From assembly GCA_964016885.1 (NCBI GenBank), contig OZ024740.1, positions 13,392,001-13,456,000 on the forward strand: a stretch of 64,000 nucleotides of DNA. The letters are read 5' to 3'. The translations under genes and the position numbers were made by a program. The notes under the pieces were generated by a model. The model had not been told where the DNA came from. It was given only the letters and a program-made list of their open reading frames with translations, and ran no database searches. This document shows, in pieces, positions 23,445 to 35,000 of this stretch. Position 1 is the stretch's first letter. Each line of letters opens with the position of its first letter. This DNA is from Eledone cirrhosa. Lineage: Eukaryota.

Positions 23445-23944
23445 TGAAATGTTATTTTGTTTCTCTCCTTTGTTCTGTCCTACACCATTTTATTAAACTA
23501 ACAGATAGACAGACAGATACAGACACACCAAAAGACCCCCGCCCCCACACATATATATATTGAGTGTGAAAGACCGAAGCTCATTACTGTGTAGAAATGA
23601 AATGATAGGACTGGGGTCCCTATCATTAAATTACCCAAGACACCTCCAACGAGATATACGTTGGAGGAGGCCAGCTAAACCTGCCTAGGTGTGAGCTGTC
23701 ACAGACACACACAAGCTCATTACTGCTATTTTATGAATGTTTATATTTCACCTTGGAGAAGGTAAGAAATTCCTAATAAATTCCATAATTCGTATTTTTA
23801 CTTTACACAGAAATAGAGAGGATTATTTTAAAATTTTATTTATTCACTATAAAAATTAAATGATAGTATTGTAGTTGTCTTCTCCTGGCAACCTTTATTT
23901 TTAGACCCAGGTCACCAATGCATATATATATATATATATATATA

Positions 23945-24358
23945 GTGACGAAACATAAGTCAATTGCATGAACTCATAATCCTTTATTTACTGCTATATA
24001 TATTTCGATGATAGCCATTGAATGGCTATGACCTCATCAGGCAGTTAGTCAGTTCTTAGATATGCCAGCTCTGTGTTTATGGTGTTGATGGTATCAGAGC
24101 CTTGGGACATATGAGCTTGTTAGGAATAATTTAATGTTGTCAGCAGGAATAGTCTTAATTCTCATTGGTCAGTTTGTAGATGCTAATAGGGTTGGTATTT
24201 GACCTCAAAGAGGCAGGTGGTGTTGTAAAGTTCAAACCGTCAGGTAAGATGACAATAGTTCCATATGACTGATTTTCACAAAAAGCATTCCTGGTCAGAT
24301 ATATATTCAATTGAGGTTAATAGTATGAAATAGATACTACAGGTCATTCTTAAATTCA
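23945..24358 (-). mobile_element. Degraded 3' end of a second PLE family
   Basis: Minus-strand remnant GTIVILPDGLNF (PxGLN, typical of the GIY-YIG C-terminus) upstream of a hammerhead; bounded by (TA)n. Confidence 0.55.
23990..24045 (-). ncRNA. Minimal type I hammerhead ribozyme
   Basis: ACUGC-CUGAUGA-GGUCAUAGCCAU(UCA)AUGGCUAUCAUC-GAAA-UAUAUA-UA^GCAGU; canonical G-C closing pair in helix II. Confidence 0.87.
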
Positions 24359-24370
24359 TATATATATATA

Positions 24371-24398
24371 TGAAGGACTAGCGTCCGAAACGTTAAGA
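24371..24398 (+). ncRNA. 5'-truncated hammerhead remnant
   Basis: (CUGA lost to the (TA)n flank) UGA-A-GGAC(UAGC)GUCC-GAAA-CGU-UA. Confidence 0.45.
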
Positions 24399-24479
24399 CT
24401 CTCTTCCTGCTATATCAAGCGTTAACCTAATATATCCCTTCCATATACTGTACCGATTGTGCTGTTATTTCTGTTTACG

Positions 24480-24630
<151 letters not shown>

Positions 24631-24895
24631 GAAGGAAGTGTGGTATGGAACCAGGTGGACCATAACGCACCATAGTACTCGATACTTTGGGGAGTAGAGT
24701 GGGTAATAGGAAAAGGATCAGGACCTGGGTTCCTGACCCTTTTCCTATATATATATATATATATATCCGGGAGCTTCCAACAGTAATGGTTGCATTCTTT
24801 AAGGGTATGTCAATATTTATTTATAAAACTGATCTATATTATATTTTATTTGATGATGCATGCCAACTCTAACACATATATATCCTAGATTTATC

Positions 24896-24969
<74 letters not shown>

Positions 24970-24972
<3 letters not shown>

Positions 24973-25200
24973 GGTGAGGCATAAGTTTGGAATCAAACTA
25001 GTAACTTTATTCACCAGCAACAAATATGTAATTATACATAAATATCTTTAGAATATAATGTATAGAGTTTATTCGAAATGACCCTTTCGTGCAGCAATAG
25101 CAGCCTCTAGCCTCTGTCAAACATCTTTCACCGAAGCACGCAACATTTCTTGGGGAATTTCTTTCCAAGTGCTCGGTAAATATGTCTTTAAATCTGTAAA
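24970..25200 (-). mobile_element. Tc1/mariner-superfamily remnant: one TIR end plus the transposase C-terminus
   Basis: TA+CAGGGTG terminus. Minus 25200-25069 translates FTDLKTYLPSTWKEIPQEMLRASVKDV*QRLEAAIAARKGHFE*. Confidence 0.8.
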
Positions 25201-25576
25201 TAAAGAGATTACAGCTAAACACCAGTGTTACACCTTGTATAGGAAGAGTGGCGGTAGCTAAACACCAGCGTTACACCTTGTATAGGGGAGTGACGGGTGA
25301 TTAGGTTGCTGACCCGATTATGGCAGAATATTAAACGGTTTGGTCACTTCATGGGACTTTAAATGTATGTTATATCATACAGGATATCTTGACCCACAAC
25401 TATTGACCGGTTATTCGTCAAATACTAGTGTCCACTTTTATACGATGTCTATGGAACATTTCAGATTTTCGGGGAAAAATGTGGGGCCAACTTTTATATG
25501 AGATCGAGTATTACTCAAGCATATATATGCATGTATATATGTATATATGTATATATGTATATATATGTAACGTATA

Positions 25577-26044
25577 TCTATATATATAAAGTTGTATTCC
25601 TGTCTGTTTGTTTGTTTGTTTGTTCACGAACTCCTCCTATGGTTTTGGAGATAGACCCCTATAACTATATATATTCTGAAACTACATTTCCCAGGGTACT
25701 TGGATAAGTATATTTCATTTTAATCAAAGGGTTCCCCGTGGGCACAAAACCCCCGCTAAAAAGCGCCACTGAAATTTTTTCCCTTCGAGTTATATGAAAT
25801 TTAAACCATAGGTAAATGACAAGATATGATGCCTATTCACAAAAGTTTTGAATTGATATTTTGAAAAAAATTATTTACAAGAAACAAAATAAGAATAAGA
25901 TTTAATAATGTAATTTTGATTTGATATATTACAGAAAATAATGTTTTCCAATTTTTCATGCATTACATTTTACATTGAGTAATATTGAAATGCAGAGTTT
26001 TTCTCCATAAATTATATCACTGATTTAAAATCAATCATAATTAT
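25577..26044 (+). mobile_element. 5' end of a non-autonomous Helitron-like element; right boundary unknown
   Basis: A|TCTATATATATAAA start followed by a (GTCT/GTTT)n tract, typical of invertebrate Helitron 5' ends. No 3' CTRR end visible before the satellite. Confidence 0.55.
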
Positions 26045-29000
26045 TAGTCTGAATGGTGTTCTGGTAGTCAGCCTGATGTTCTGGTAGTCAGAATGTTATT
26101 CTGGTAGTCAGACTGGTGTTCTGGTAGTCAGACTGGTGTTCTGGTAGTCAGAATGGTGTTCTGGTAGTCATAATTGTGTTCTGGTAGTCAGAATGGTGTT
26201 CTAGTAGTCAGAATGGTGTTCTGCTAGTCAGAATGGTGTTCTGGTAGTCAGAATGGTGTTCTGGTAGTCAGAATCGTGTTCTGGTAGTCAGAATGGTGTT
26301 CTGGTAGTCAGAATGGTGTTCTGGTAGTCAGAATGGTGTTCTGGTAGTCAGAATGGTGTTCTGGTAGTCAGACTGATGTTCTGGTAGTCAGAATGGTGTT
26401 CTGTTAGTCAGAATGGTGTTCTGGTAGTCAGAATGATGTTCTGGTAGTCAAAATGGTGTTCTGGTAGTCAGAATGGTGTTCTGATAGTCAAAATGGTGTT
26501 CTGGTAGTCAAAATGGTGTTCTGGTAGTCAGAATGGTGTTCTGGTAGTCAGAATGGTGTTTTGGTAGTCAGAATGGTGTTCTGGTAGTCAAAATGGTGTT
26601 CTGGTAGTCAAAATGGTGTTCTGGTAGTCAGACTGGTGTTCTGGTAGTCAGACTGGTGTTCTAGTAGTCATTATGGTGTTCTGGTAGTCAGAATGGTGTT
26701 CTGGTAGTCAGAATGGTGTTCTGGTAGTCAGAATGGTGTTCTGGTAGTCAAAATGGTGTTCTGGTAGTCAAAATGGTGTTCTGGTAGTCAGAATGGTGTT
26801 CTGGTAGTCAGAATGGTGTTCTGGTAGTCAGAATGGTGTTCTGGTAGTCAGACTGATGTTCTGGTAGTCAGAATGGTGTTCTGGTAGTCAGAATGGTGTT
26901 CTGGTAGTCAAAATGGTGTTCTGGTAGTCAGAATGGTGTTCTGGTAGTCAGAATGGTGTTCTGGTAGTCAGAATGGTGTTCTGGTAGTCAAAATGGTGTT
27001 CTGGTAGTCAGAATGGTGTTCTGGTAGTCAGAATGGTGTTCTGGTAGTCAAAATGGTGTTCTGTTAGTCAAAATGGTGTTCTGGTAGTCAGAAAGGTGTT
27101 CTGGTAGTCAGAATGGTGTTCTGGTAGTCAGAATGGTGTTCTGGCAGTCAGAATGGTGTTCTGGTAGTCAGAATGGTGTTCTGGTAGTCAGAATGATGTT
27201 CTGGTAGTCAAAATGGTGTTCTGGTAGTCAGAATAGTGTTCTAGTAGTCAGAGTGGTGTTCTGGTAGTCAAAATGGTGTTCTGGTAGTCAGAATTCTGTT
27301 CTGATAGTCAAAATGGTGTTCTGGTAGTCAAAATGGTGTTCTGGTAGTCAGAATGGTGTTCTGGTAGTCAGAATGGTGTTCTGGTAGTCAGAATGGTGTT
27401 CTGGTAGTCAGAATGGTGTTCTGGTAGTCAGACTTATGTTCTGGTAGTCAGAATTGTGTTCTGGTAGTCAGAATGGTGTTCTAATAGTCAGAATGGTGTT
27501 CTGGTAGTCAGAATGGTGTTCTGGTAGTCAGAATGGTGTTCTGGTATTCAGAATGGTGTTCTGGTAGTCAAAATGGTGTTCTGGTAGTCAAAATGGTGTT
27601 CTGGTCGTCAGAATGGTGTTCTGGTAGTCAGAATGGTGTTCTGGTAGTCAGAATGGTGTTCTGGTAGTCAAAATGGTGTTCTGGTAGTCAAAATGGTGTT
27701 CTGGTAGTCAGACTGGTGTTCTGGTAGTCAGACTGGTGTTCTAGTAGTCATAATGGTGTTCTGGTAGTCAGAATGGTGTTCTGGTAGTCAGAATGGTGTT
27801 CTGGTAGTCAGAATGGTGTTCTGGTAGTCAAAATGGTGTTCTGGTAGTCAAAATGGTGTTCTGGTAGTCAGAATGGTGTTCTGGTAGTCAGAATGGTGTT
27901 GTGGTAGTCAGAATGGTGTTATGGTAGTCATATTGGTGTTCTGGTAGTCAGCCTGATGTTCTGGTAGTCAGACTGGTGTTCTGGTAGTCATATGGGTGTT
28001 CTGGTAGTCAGCCTGATGTTCTGGTAGACAGACTGGTGTTCTGGTAGTCAGACTGGTGTTCTGGTAGTCAGAATGGTGTTCTGGCAGTCAGCCTGATGTT
28101 CTGGTAGATAGACTGGTGTTCTGGTAGTCAGAATGGTGTTCTGGTAGTCATAATTGTGTTCTGGTAGTCAGAATGGTGTTCTAGTAGTCAGAATGGTGTT
28201 CTGCTAGTCAGAATGGTGTTCTGGTAGTCAGAATGGTGTTCTGGTAGTCAGAATCGTGTTCTGGTAGTCAGAATGGTGTTCTGGTAGTCAGAATGGTGTT
28301 CTGGTAGTCAGAATGGTGTTCTGGTAGTCAGAATGGTGTTCTGGTAGTCAGACTGATGTTCTGGTAGTCAGAATGGTGTTCTGTTAGTCAGAATGGTGTT
28401 CTGGTAGTCAGAATGATGTTCTGGTAGTCAAAATGGTGTTCTGGTAGTCAGAATGGTGTTCTGATAGTCAAAATGGTGTTCTGGTAGTCAAAATGGTGTT
28501 CTGGTAGTCAGAATGGTGTTCTGGTAGTCAGAATGGTGTTTTGGTAGTCAGAATGGTGTTCTGGTAGTCAAAATGGTGTTCTGGTAGTCAAAATGGTGTT
28601 CTGGTAGTCAGACTGGTGTTCTGGTAGTCAGACTGGTGTTCTAGTAGTCATTATGGTGTTCTGGTAGTCAGAATGGTGTTCTGGTAGTCAGAATGGTGTT
28701 CTGGTAGTCAGAATGGTGTTCTGGTAGTCAAAATGGTGTTCTGGTAGTCAAAATGGTGTTCTGGTAGTCAGAATGGTGTTCTGGTAGTCAGAATGGTGTT
28801 CTGGTAGTCAGAATGGTGTTCTGGTAGTCAGACTGATGTTCTGGTAGTCAGAATGGTGTTCTGGTAGTCAGAATGGTGTTCTGGTAGTCAAAATGGTGTT
28901 CTGGTAGTCAGAATGGTGTTCTGGTAGTCAGAATGGTGTTCTGGTAGTCAGAATGGTGTTCTGGTAGTCAAAATGGTGTTCTGGTAGTCAGAATGGTGTT

Positions 29001-32000
29001 CTGGTAGTCAGAATGGTGTTCTGGTAGTCAAAATGGTGTTCTGTTAGTCAAAATGGTGTTCTGGTAGTCAGAAAGGTGTTCTGGTAGTCAGAATGGTGTT
29101 CTGGTAGTCAGAATGGTGTTCTGGCAGTCAGAATGGTGTTCTGGTAGTCAGAATGGTGTTCTGGTAGTCAGAATGATGTTCTGGTAGTCAAAATGGTGTT
29201 CTGGTAGTCAGAATAGTGTTCTAGTAGTCAGAGTGGTGTTCTGGTAGTCAAAATGGTGTTCTGGTAGTCAGAATTCTGTTCTGATAGTCAAAATGGTGTT
29301 CTGGTAGTCAAAATGGTGTTCTGGTAGTCAGAATGGTGTTCTGGTAGTCAGAATGGTGTTCTGGTAGTCAGAATGGTGTTCTGGTAGTCAGAATGGTGTT
29401 CTGGTAGTCAGACTTATGTTCTGGTAGTCAGAATTGTGTTCTGGTAGTCAGAATGGTGTTCTAATAGTCAGAATGGTGTTCTGGTAGTCAGAATGGTGTT
29501 CTGGTAGTCAGAATGGTGTTCTGGTATTCAGAATGGTGTTCTGGTAGTCAAAATGGTGTTCTGGTAGTCAAAATGGTGTTCTGGTCGTCAGAATGGTGTT
29601 CTGGTAGTCAGAATGGTGTTCTGGTAGTCAGAATGGTGTTCTGGTAGTCAAAATGGTGTTCTGGTAGTCAAAATGGTGTTCTGGTAGTCAGACTGGTGTT
29701 CTGGTAGTCAGACTGGTGTTCTAGTAGTCATAATGGTGTTCTGGTAGTCAGAATGGTGTTCTGGTAGTCAGAATGGTGTTCTGGTAGTCAGAATGGTGTT
29801 CTGGTAGTCAAAATGGTGTTCTGGTAGTCAAAATGGTGTTCTGGTAGTCAGAATGGTGTTCTGGTAGTCAGAATGGTGTTGTGGTAGTCAGAATGGTGTT
29901 ATGGTAGTCATATTGGTGTTCTGGTAGTCAGCCTGATGTTCTGGTAGTCAGACTGGTGTTCTGGTAGTCATATGGGTGTTCTGGTAGTCAGCCTGATGTT
30001 CTGGTAGACAGACTGGTGTTCTGGTAGTCAGACTGGTGTTCTGGTAGTCAGAATGGTGTTCTGGCAGTCAGCCTGATGTTCTGGTAGATAGACTGGTGTT
30101 CTGGTAGTCAGAATGGTGTTCTGGTAGTCAGCCTGATGTTCTGGTAGACAGACTGGTGTTCTGGTAGTCAGCCTGATGTTCTGGTAGACAGACTGGTGTT
30201 CTGGTAGTCAGCCTGATGTTCAGGTAGTCAGAATGGTGTTCTGGTAGTCAGCCTGATGTTCTGGTAGTCAGAATGGTGTTCTGGTAGTCTGCCTGATGTT
30301 CTGGTAGACAAACTGGTGTTCTGGTAGTCAGAATTGTGTTCTGGTAGTCAGCCTGATGTTCTGGTAGACAGACTGGTGTTCTGTTAGTCAGACTGGTGTT
30401 CTGGTAGTCAGCCTGATGTTCTGGTAGTCAGAATGGTATTCTGGTAGTCAGACTGGTGTTCTGATAGTCAGAATGGTGTTCTGGTAGTCAGAATGGTGTT
30501 CTGGTAGTCAGAATATTGTTCTGGTAGTCAGACTGGTGTTCTATTAGTCAGAATGGTGTTCTGGTAGTCAGCCTGATGTTCTGGTAGTCAGAAAGGTGTT
30601 CTGGTAGTCAGAATGGTGTTCTGGTAGTCAGACTGGTGTTCTGGTAGTCAGAATGGTGTTCTGGTAGTCAGAACTGTGTTCTGGTAGTCAGAATGGTGTT
30701 CTAGTAGTCAGAATGGTGTTCTGCTAGTCAGAATGGTGTTCTGATAGTCAGAATCGTGTTCTGGTAGTCAGAATGGTGTTCTAGTAGTCAGAATGGTGTT
30801 CTGGTAGTCAGAATGGTGTTCTGATAGTCAGAATCGTGTTCTGGTAGTCAGAATGGTGTTCTGGTAGTCGGAATGAAGTTCTGGTAGTCAGAATGGTGTT
30901 CTGGTAGTCAGAATGGTGTTCTGGTAGTCAGACTGATGTTCTGGTAGTCAGAATGGTGTTCTGTTAGTCAGAATGGTGTTCTGGTAGTCAGAATGATGTT
31001 CTGGTAGTCAAAATGGTGTTCTGGTAGTCAGAATGGTGTTCTGGTAGTCAGAATGGTGTTCTGGTAGTCAAAATGGTGTTCTGGTAGTCAGAATGGTGTT
31101 CTGGTAGTCAAAATGGTGTTCTGGTAGTCAGAATGGTGTTCTGGTAGTCAGAATGGTGTTCTGGTAGTCAGAATGGTGTTCTGGTAGTCAGAATGGTGTT
31201 CTGATAGTGAGACTGATGTTCTGGTAGTCAGAATGGTGTTCTGGTAGTCAGCATGGTGTTCTGGTAGTCAAAATGGTGTTCTGGTAGTGAGAATGGTGTT
31301 CTGGTAGTCAGAATGGTGTTCTGGTAGTAAGAATGGTGTTCTGGTAGTCAAAATGGTGTTCTGGTAGTCAGAATGGTGTTCTGGTAGTCAGAATGGTGTT
31401 CTGGTAGTCAAAATGGTGTTCTGTTAGTCAAAATGGTGTTCTGGTAGTCAGAAAGGTGTTCTGGTAGTCAGAATGGTGTTCTGGTAGTCAGAATGGTGTT
31501 CTGGCAGTCAGAATGGTGTTCTGGTAGTCAGAATGGTGTTTTGGTAGTCAGACTGATGTTCTGGTAGTCAGAATGGTGTTCTGGTAGTCAGAATTGTGTT
31601 CTGGTAGTCAGAATAATGTTCTGGTAGTCAAAATGGTGTTCTGGTAGTCAGAATAGTGTTCTAGTAGTCAGAGTGGTGTTCTGGTAGTCAAAATGGTGTT
31701 CTGGTAGTCAGAATTGTGTTCTGATAGTCAAAATGGTGTTCTGGTAGTCAAAATGGTGTTCTGGTAGTCAGAATGGTGTTCTGGTAGTCAGAATGGTGTT
31801 CTGGTAGTCAGAATGGTGTTCTGGTAGTCAGAATGGTGTTCTGGTAGTCAGAATGGTGTTCTGGTAGTCACGATGGTGTTCTGGTAGTCAGACTGGTTTT
31901 CTGGTAGTCAAAATGGTGTTCTGGTAGTCAGAATGATTCTGGTAGTCAGACTGATGTTCTGGTAGTCAGAATGGTGTTCTGGTAGTTAAAATGGTGTTCT

Positions 32001-35000
32001 GGTAGTCAGAATAGTTCTGGTAGTCAGACTGATGTTCTGCTAGTCAGAATGGTGTTCTGGTAGTCAGACTGGTGTTCTGGTAGTCAGACTGGTGTTTTGG
32101 TAGTCAGAATGGTGTTCTGGTAGTCAAAATGGTGTTCTGGCAGTCAGAATGGTGTTCTGGTAGTCAGAATGGTGTTCTGGTAGTCAGACTTATGTTCTGG
32201 TAGTCAAAATGGTGTTCTGGTAGTCAAAATGGTGTTCTGGTAGTCAGACTGATGTTCTGGTAGTCAGAATGGTGTTCTGGTAGTGAGAATGGTGTTCTGG
32301 TAGTCAGAATGGTGTTCTGGCAGTCAGAATGGTGTTCTGGTAGTCAAAATGGTGTTCTGGTAGTCAGAATGGTGTTCTGGTAGTCAGCATGGTGTTCTGG
32401 TAGTCAAAATGGTGTTCTGTTAGTCAGAATGGTGTTCTGGTAGTCAGAAAGGTGTTCTGGTAGTCAGAATGGTGTTCTGGTAGTCAGAATGGTGTTCTGC
32501 AGTCAGAATGGTGTTCTGGTGGTCAGAATGGTGTTTTGGTAGTCAGACTGATGTTCTGGTAGTCAGAATGGTGTTCTGGTAGTCAGAATGGTGTTCTGGT
32601 AGTCAGAATGATGTTCTGGTAGTCAAAATGGTGTTCTGGTAGTCAGAATAGTGTTCTAGTAGTCAGAGTGGTGTTCTGGTAGTCAGAATGGTGTTCTGGT
32701 AGTCAGAATTGTGTTCTGATAGTCAAAATGGTGTTCTGGTAGTCAAAATGGTGTTCTGGTAGTCAGAATGGTGTTCTGGTAGTCAGAATGGTGTTCTGGT
32801 AGTCAGAATGGTGTTCTGGTAGTCAGAATGGTGTTCTGGTAGTCAGAATGGTGTTCTGGTAGTCAAAATGGTGTTCTGGTAGTCACGATGGTGTTCTGGT
32901 AGTCAGACTGGTTTTCTGGTAGTCAAAATGGTGTTCTGGTACTCAGAATGATTCTGGTAGTCAGACTGATGTTCTGGTAGTCAGAATGGTGTTCTGGTAG
33001 TCAAAATGGTGTTCTGGTAGTCAGAATAGTTCTGGTAGTCAGACTGATGTTCTGGTAGTCAGAATGGTGTTCTGGTAGTCAGACTGGTGTTCTGGTAGTC
33101 AGACTGGTGTTTTGGTAGTCAGAATGGTGTTCTGGTAATCAGAATGGTGTTCTGGTAGTCAGACTTATGTTCTGGTAGTCAGAATTGTGTTCTGGTAGTC
33201 AGAATGGTGTTCTAATAGTCAGAATGGTGTTCTGGTAGTCAGAATGGTGTTCTGGTAGTCAGAATGGTGTTCTGGTATTCAGAATGGTGTTCTGGTAGTC
33301 AAAATGGTGTTCTGGTAGTCAAAATGGTGTTCTGGTCGTCAGAATGGTGTTCTGGTAGTCAGAATGGTGTTTTGGTAGTCAGAATGGTGTTCTGGTAGTC
33401 AAAATGGTGTTCTGGTAGTCAAAATGGTGTTCTGGTAGTCAGACTGGTGTTCTGGTAGTCAGACTGGTGTTCTAGTAGTCATAATGGTGTTCTGGTAGTC
33501 AGAATGGTGTTCTGGTAGTCAGAATGGTGTCCTGGTAGTCAGAATGGTGTTCTGGTAGTCAAAATGGTGTTCTGGTAGTCAAAATGGTGTTCTGGTAGTC
33601 AGAATGGTATTCTGGTAGTCAGAATGGTGTTCTGATAGTCAGACTGATGTTCTGGTAGTCAGAATGGTGTTCTGGTAGTCAGCATGGTGTTCTGGTAGTC
33701 AGAATAGTGTTCTAGTAGTCAGAGTGGTGTTCTGGTAGTCAAAATGGTGTTCTGGTAGTCAGAATTGTGTTCTGATAGTCAAAATGGTGTTCTGGTAGTC
33801 AGAATGGTGTTCTGGTAGTCAGCATGGTGTTCTGGTAGTCAAAATGGTGTTCTGGTAGTGAGAATGGTGTTCTGGTAGTCAGAATGGTGTTCTGGTAGTC
33901 AGAATGGTGTTCTGGTAGTCAAGATGGTGTTCTGGTAGTCAGAATGGTGTTCTGGTAGTCAGAATGGTGTTCTGGTAGTCAAAATGGTGTTCTGTTAGTC
34001 AAAATGGTGTTCTGGTAGTCAGAAAGGTGTTCTGGTAGTCAGAATGGTGTTCTGGTAGTCAGAATGGTGTTCTGCAGTCAGAATGGTGTTCTGGTAGTCA
34101 GAATGGTGTTTTGGTAGTCAGACTGATGTTCTGGTAGTCAGAATGGTGTTCTGGTAGTCAGAATGGTGTTCTGGTAGTCAGAATGATGTTCTGGTAGTCA
34201 AAATGGTGTTCTGGTAGTCAGCCTGATGTTCTGGTAGATAGACTGGTGTTCTGGTAGTCAGAATGGTGTTCTGGTAGTCAGCCTGATGTTCTGGTAGACA
34301 GACTGGTGTTCTGGTAGTCAGACTGGTGTTCTGGTAGTCAGCCTGATGTTCTGGTAGACAGACTGGTGTTCTGGTAGTCAGCCTGATGTTCAGGTAGTCA
34401 GAATGGTGTTCTGGTAGTCAGCCTGATGTTCTGGTAGTCAGAATGGTGTTCTGGTAGTCAGCCTGATGTTCTGGTAGACAAACTGGTGTTCTGGTAGTCA
34501 GAATGGTGTTCTGTTAGTCAGCCTGATGTTCTGGTAGACAGACTGGTGTTCCGGTAGTCAGACTGGTGTTCTGGTAGTCAGCCTGATGTTCTGGTAGAAA
34601 GTCTGGTGTTCTGGCAGTCAGCCTGATGTTCTGGTAGTCATATTGGTGTTCTGGTAGTCAGCCTGATGTTCTGGTAGTCAGAATGGTATTCTGGTAGTCA
34701 GACTGGTCTTCTGATAGTCAGAATGGTGTTCTGGTAGTCAGCCTGATGTTCTGGTAGTCAGACTGGTGTTCTGGTAGTCAGAATGGTATTCTGGTAGTCA
34801 GACTGGTGTTCTGGTAGTCAGACTGGTGTTCTGGTAGTCAGAATTGTGTTCTGGTAGTCAGCCTGATGTTCTGGTAGTCAGACTGGTGTTCTGGTAGTCA
34901 GAATGGTATTCTGGTAGTCAGACTGGTGTTCTGGTAGTCAGACTGGTGTTCTAGTAGTCAGAATTGTGTTCTGGTAGTCAGACTGGTGTTCTGGTAGTCA

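Noticed and set aside
25213-25298. 43-bp tandem duplication
   Set aside because: Real, but only two diverged copies inside TE debris, with no sign of function.
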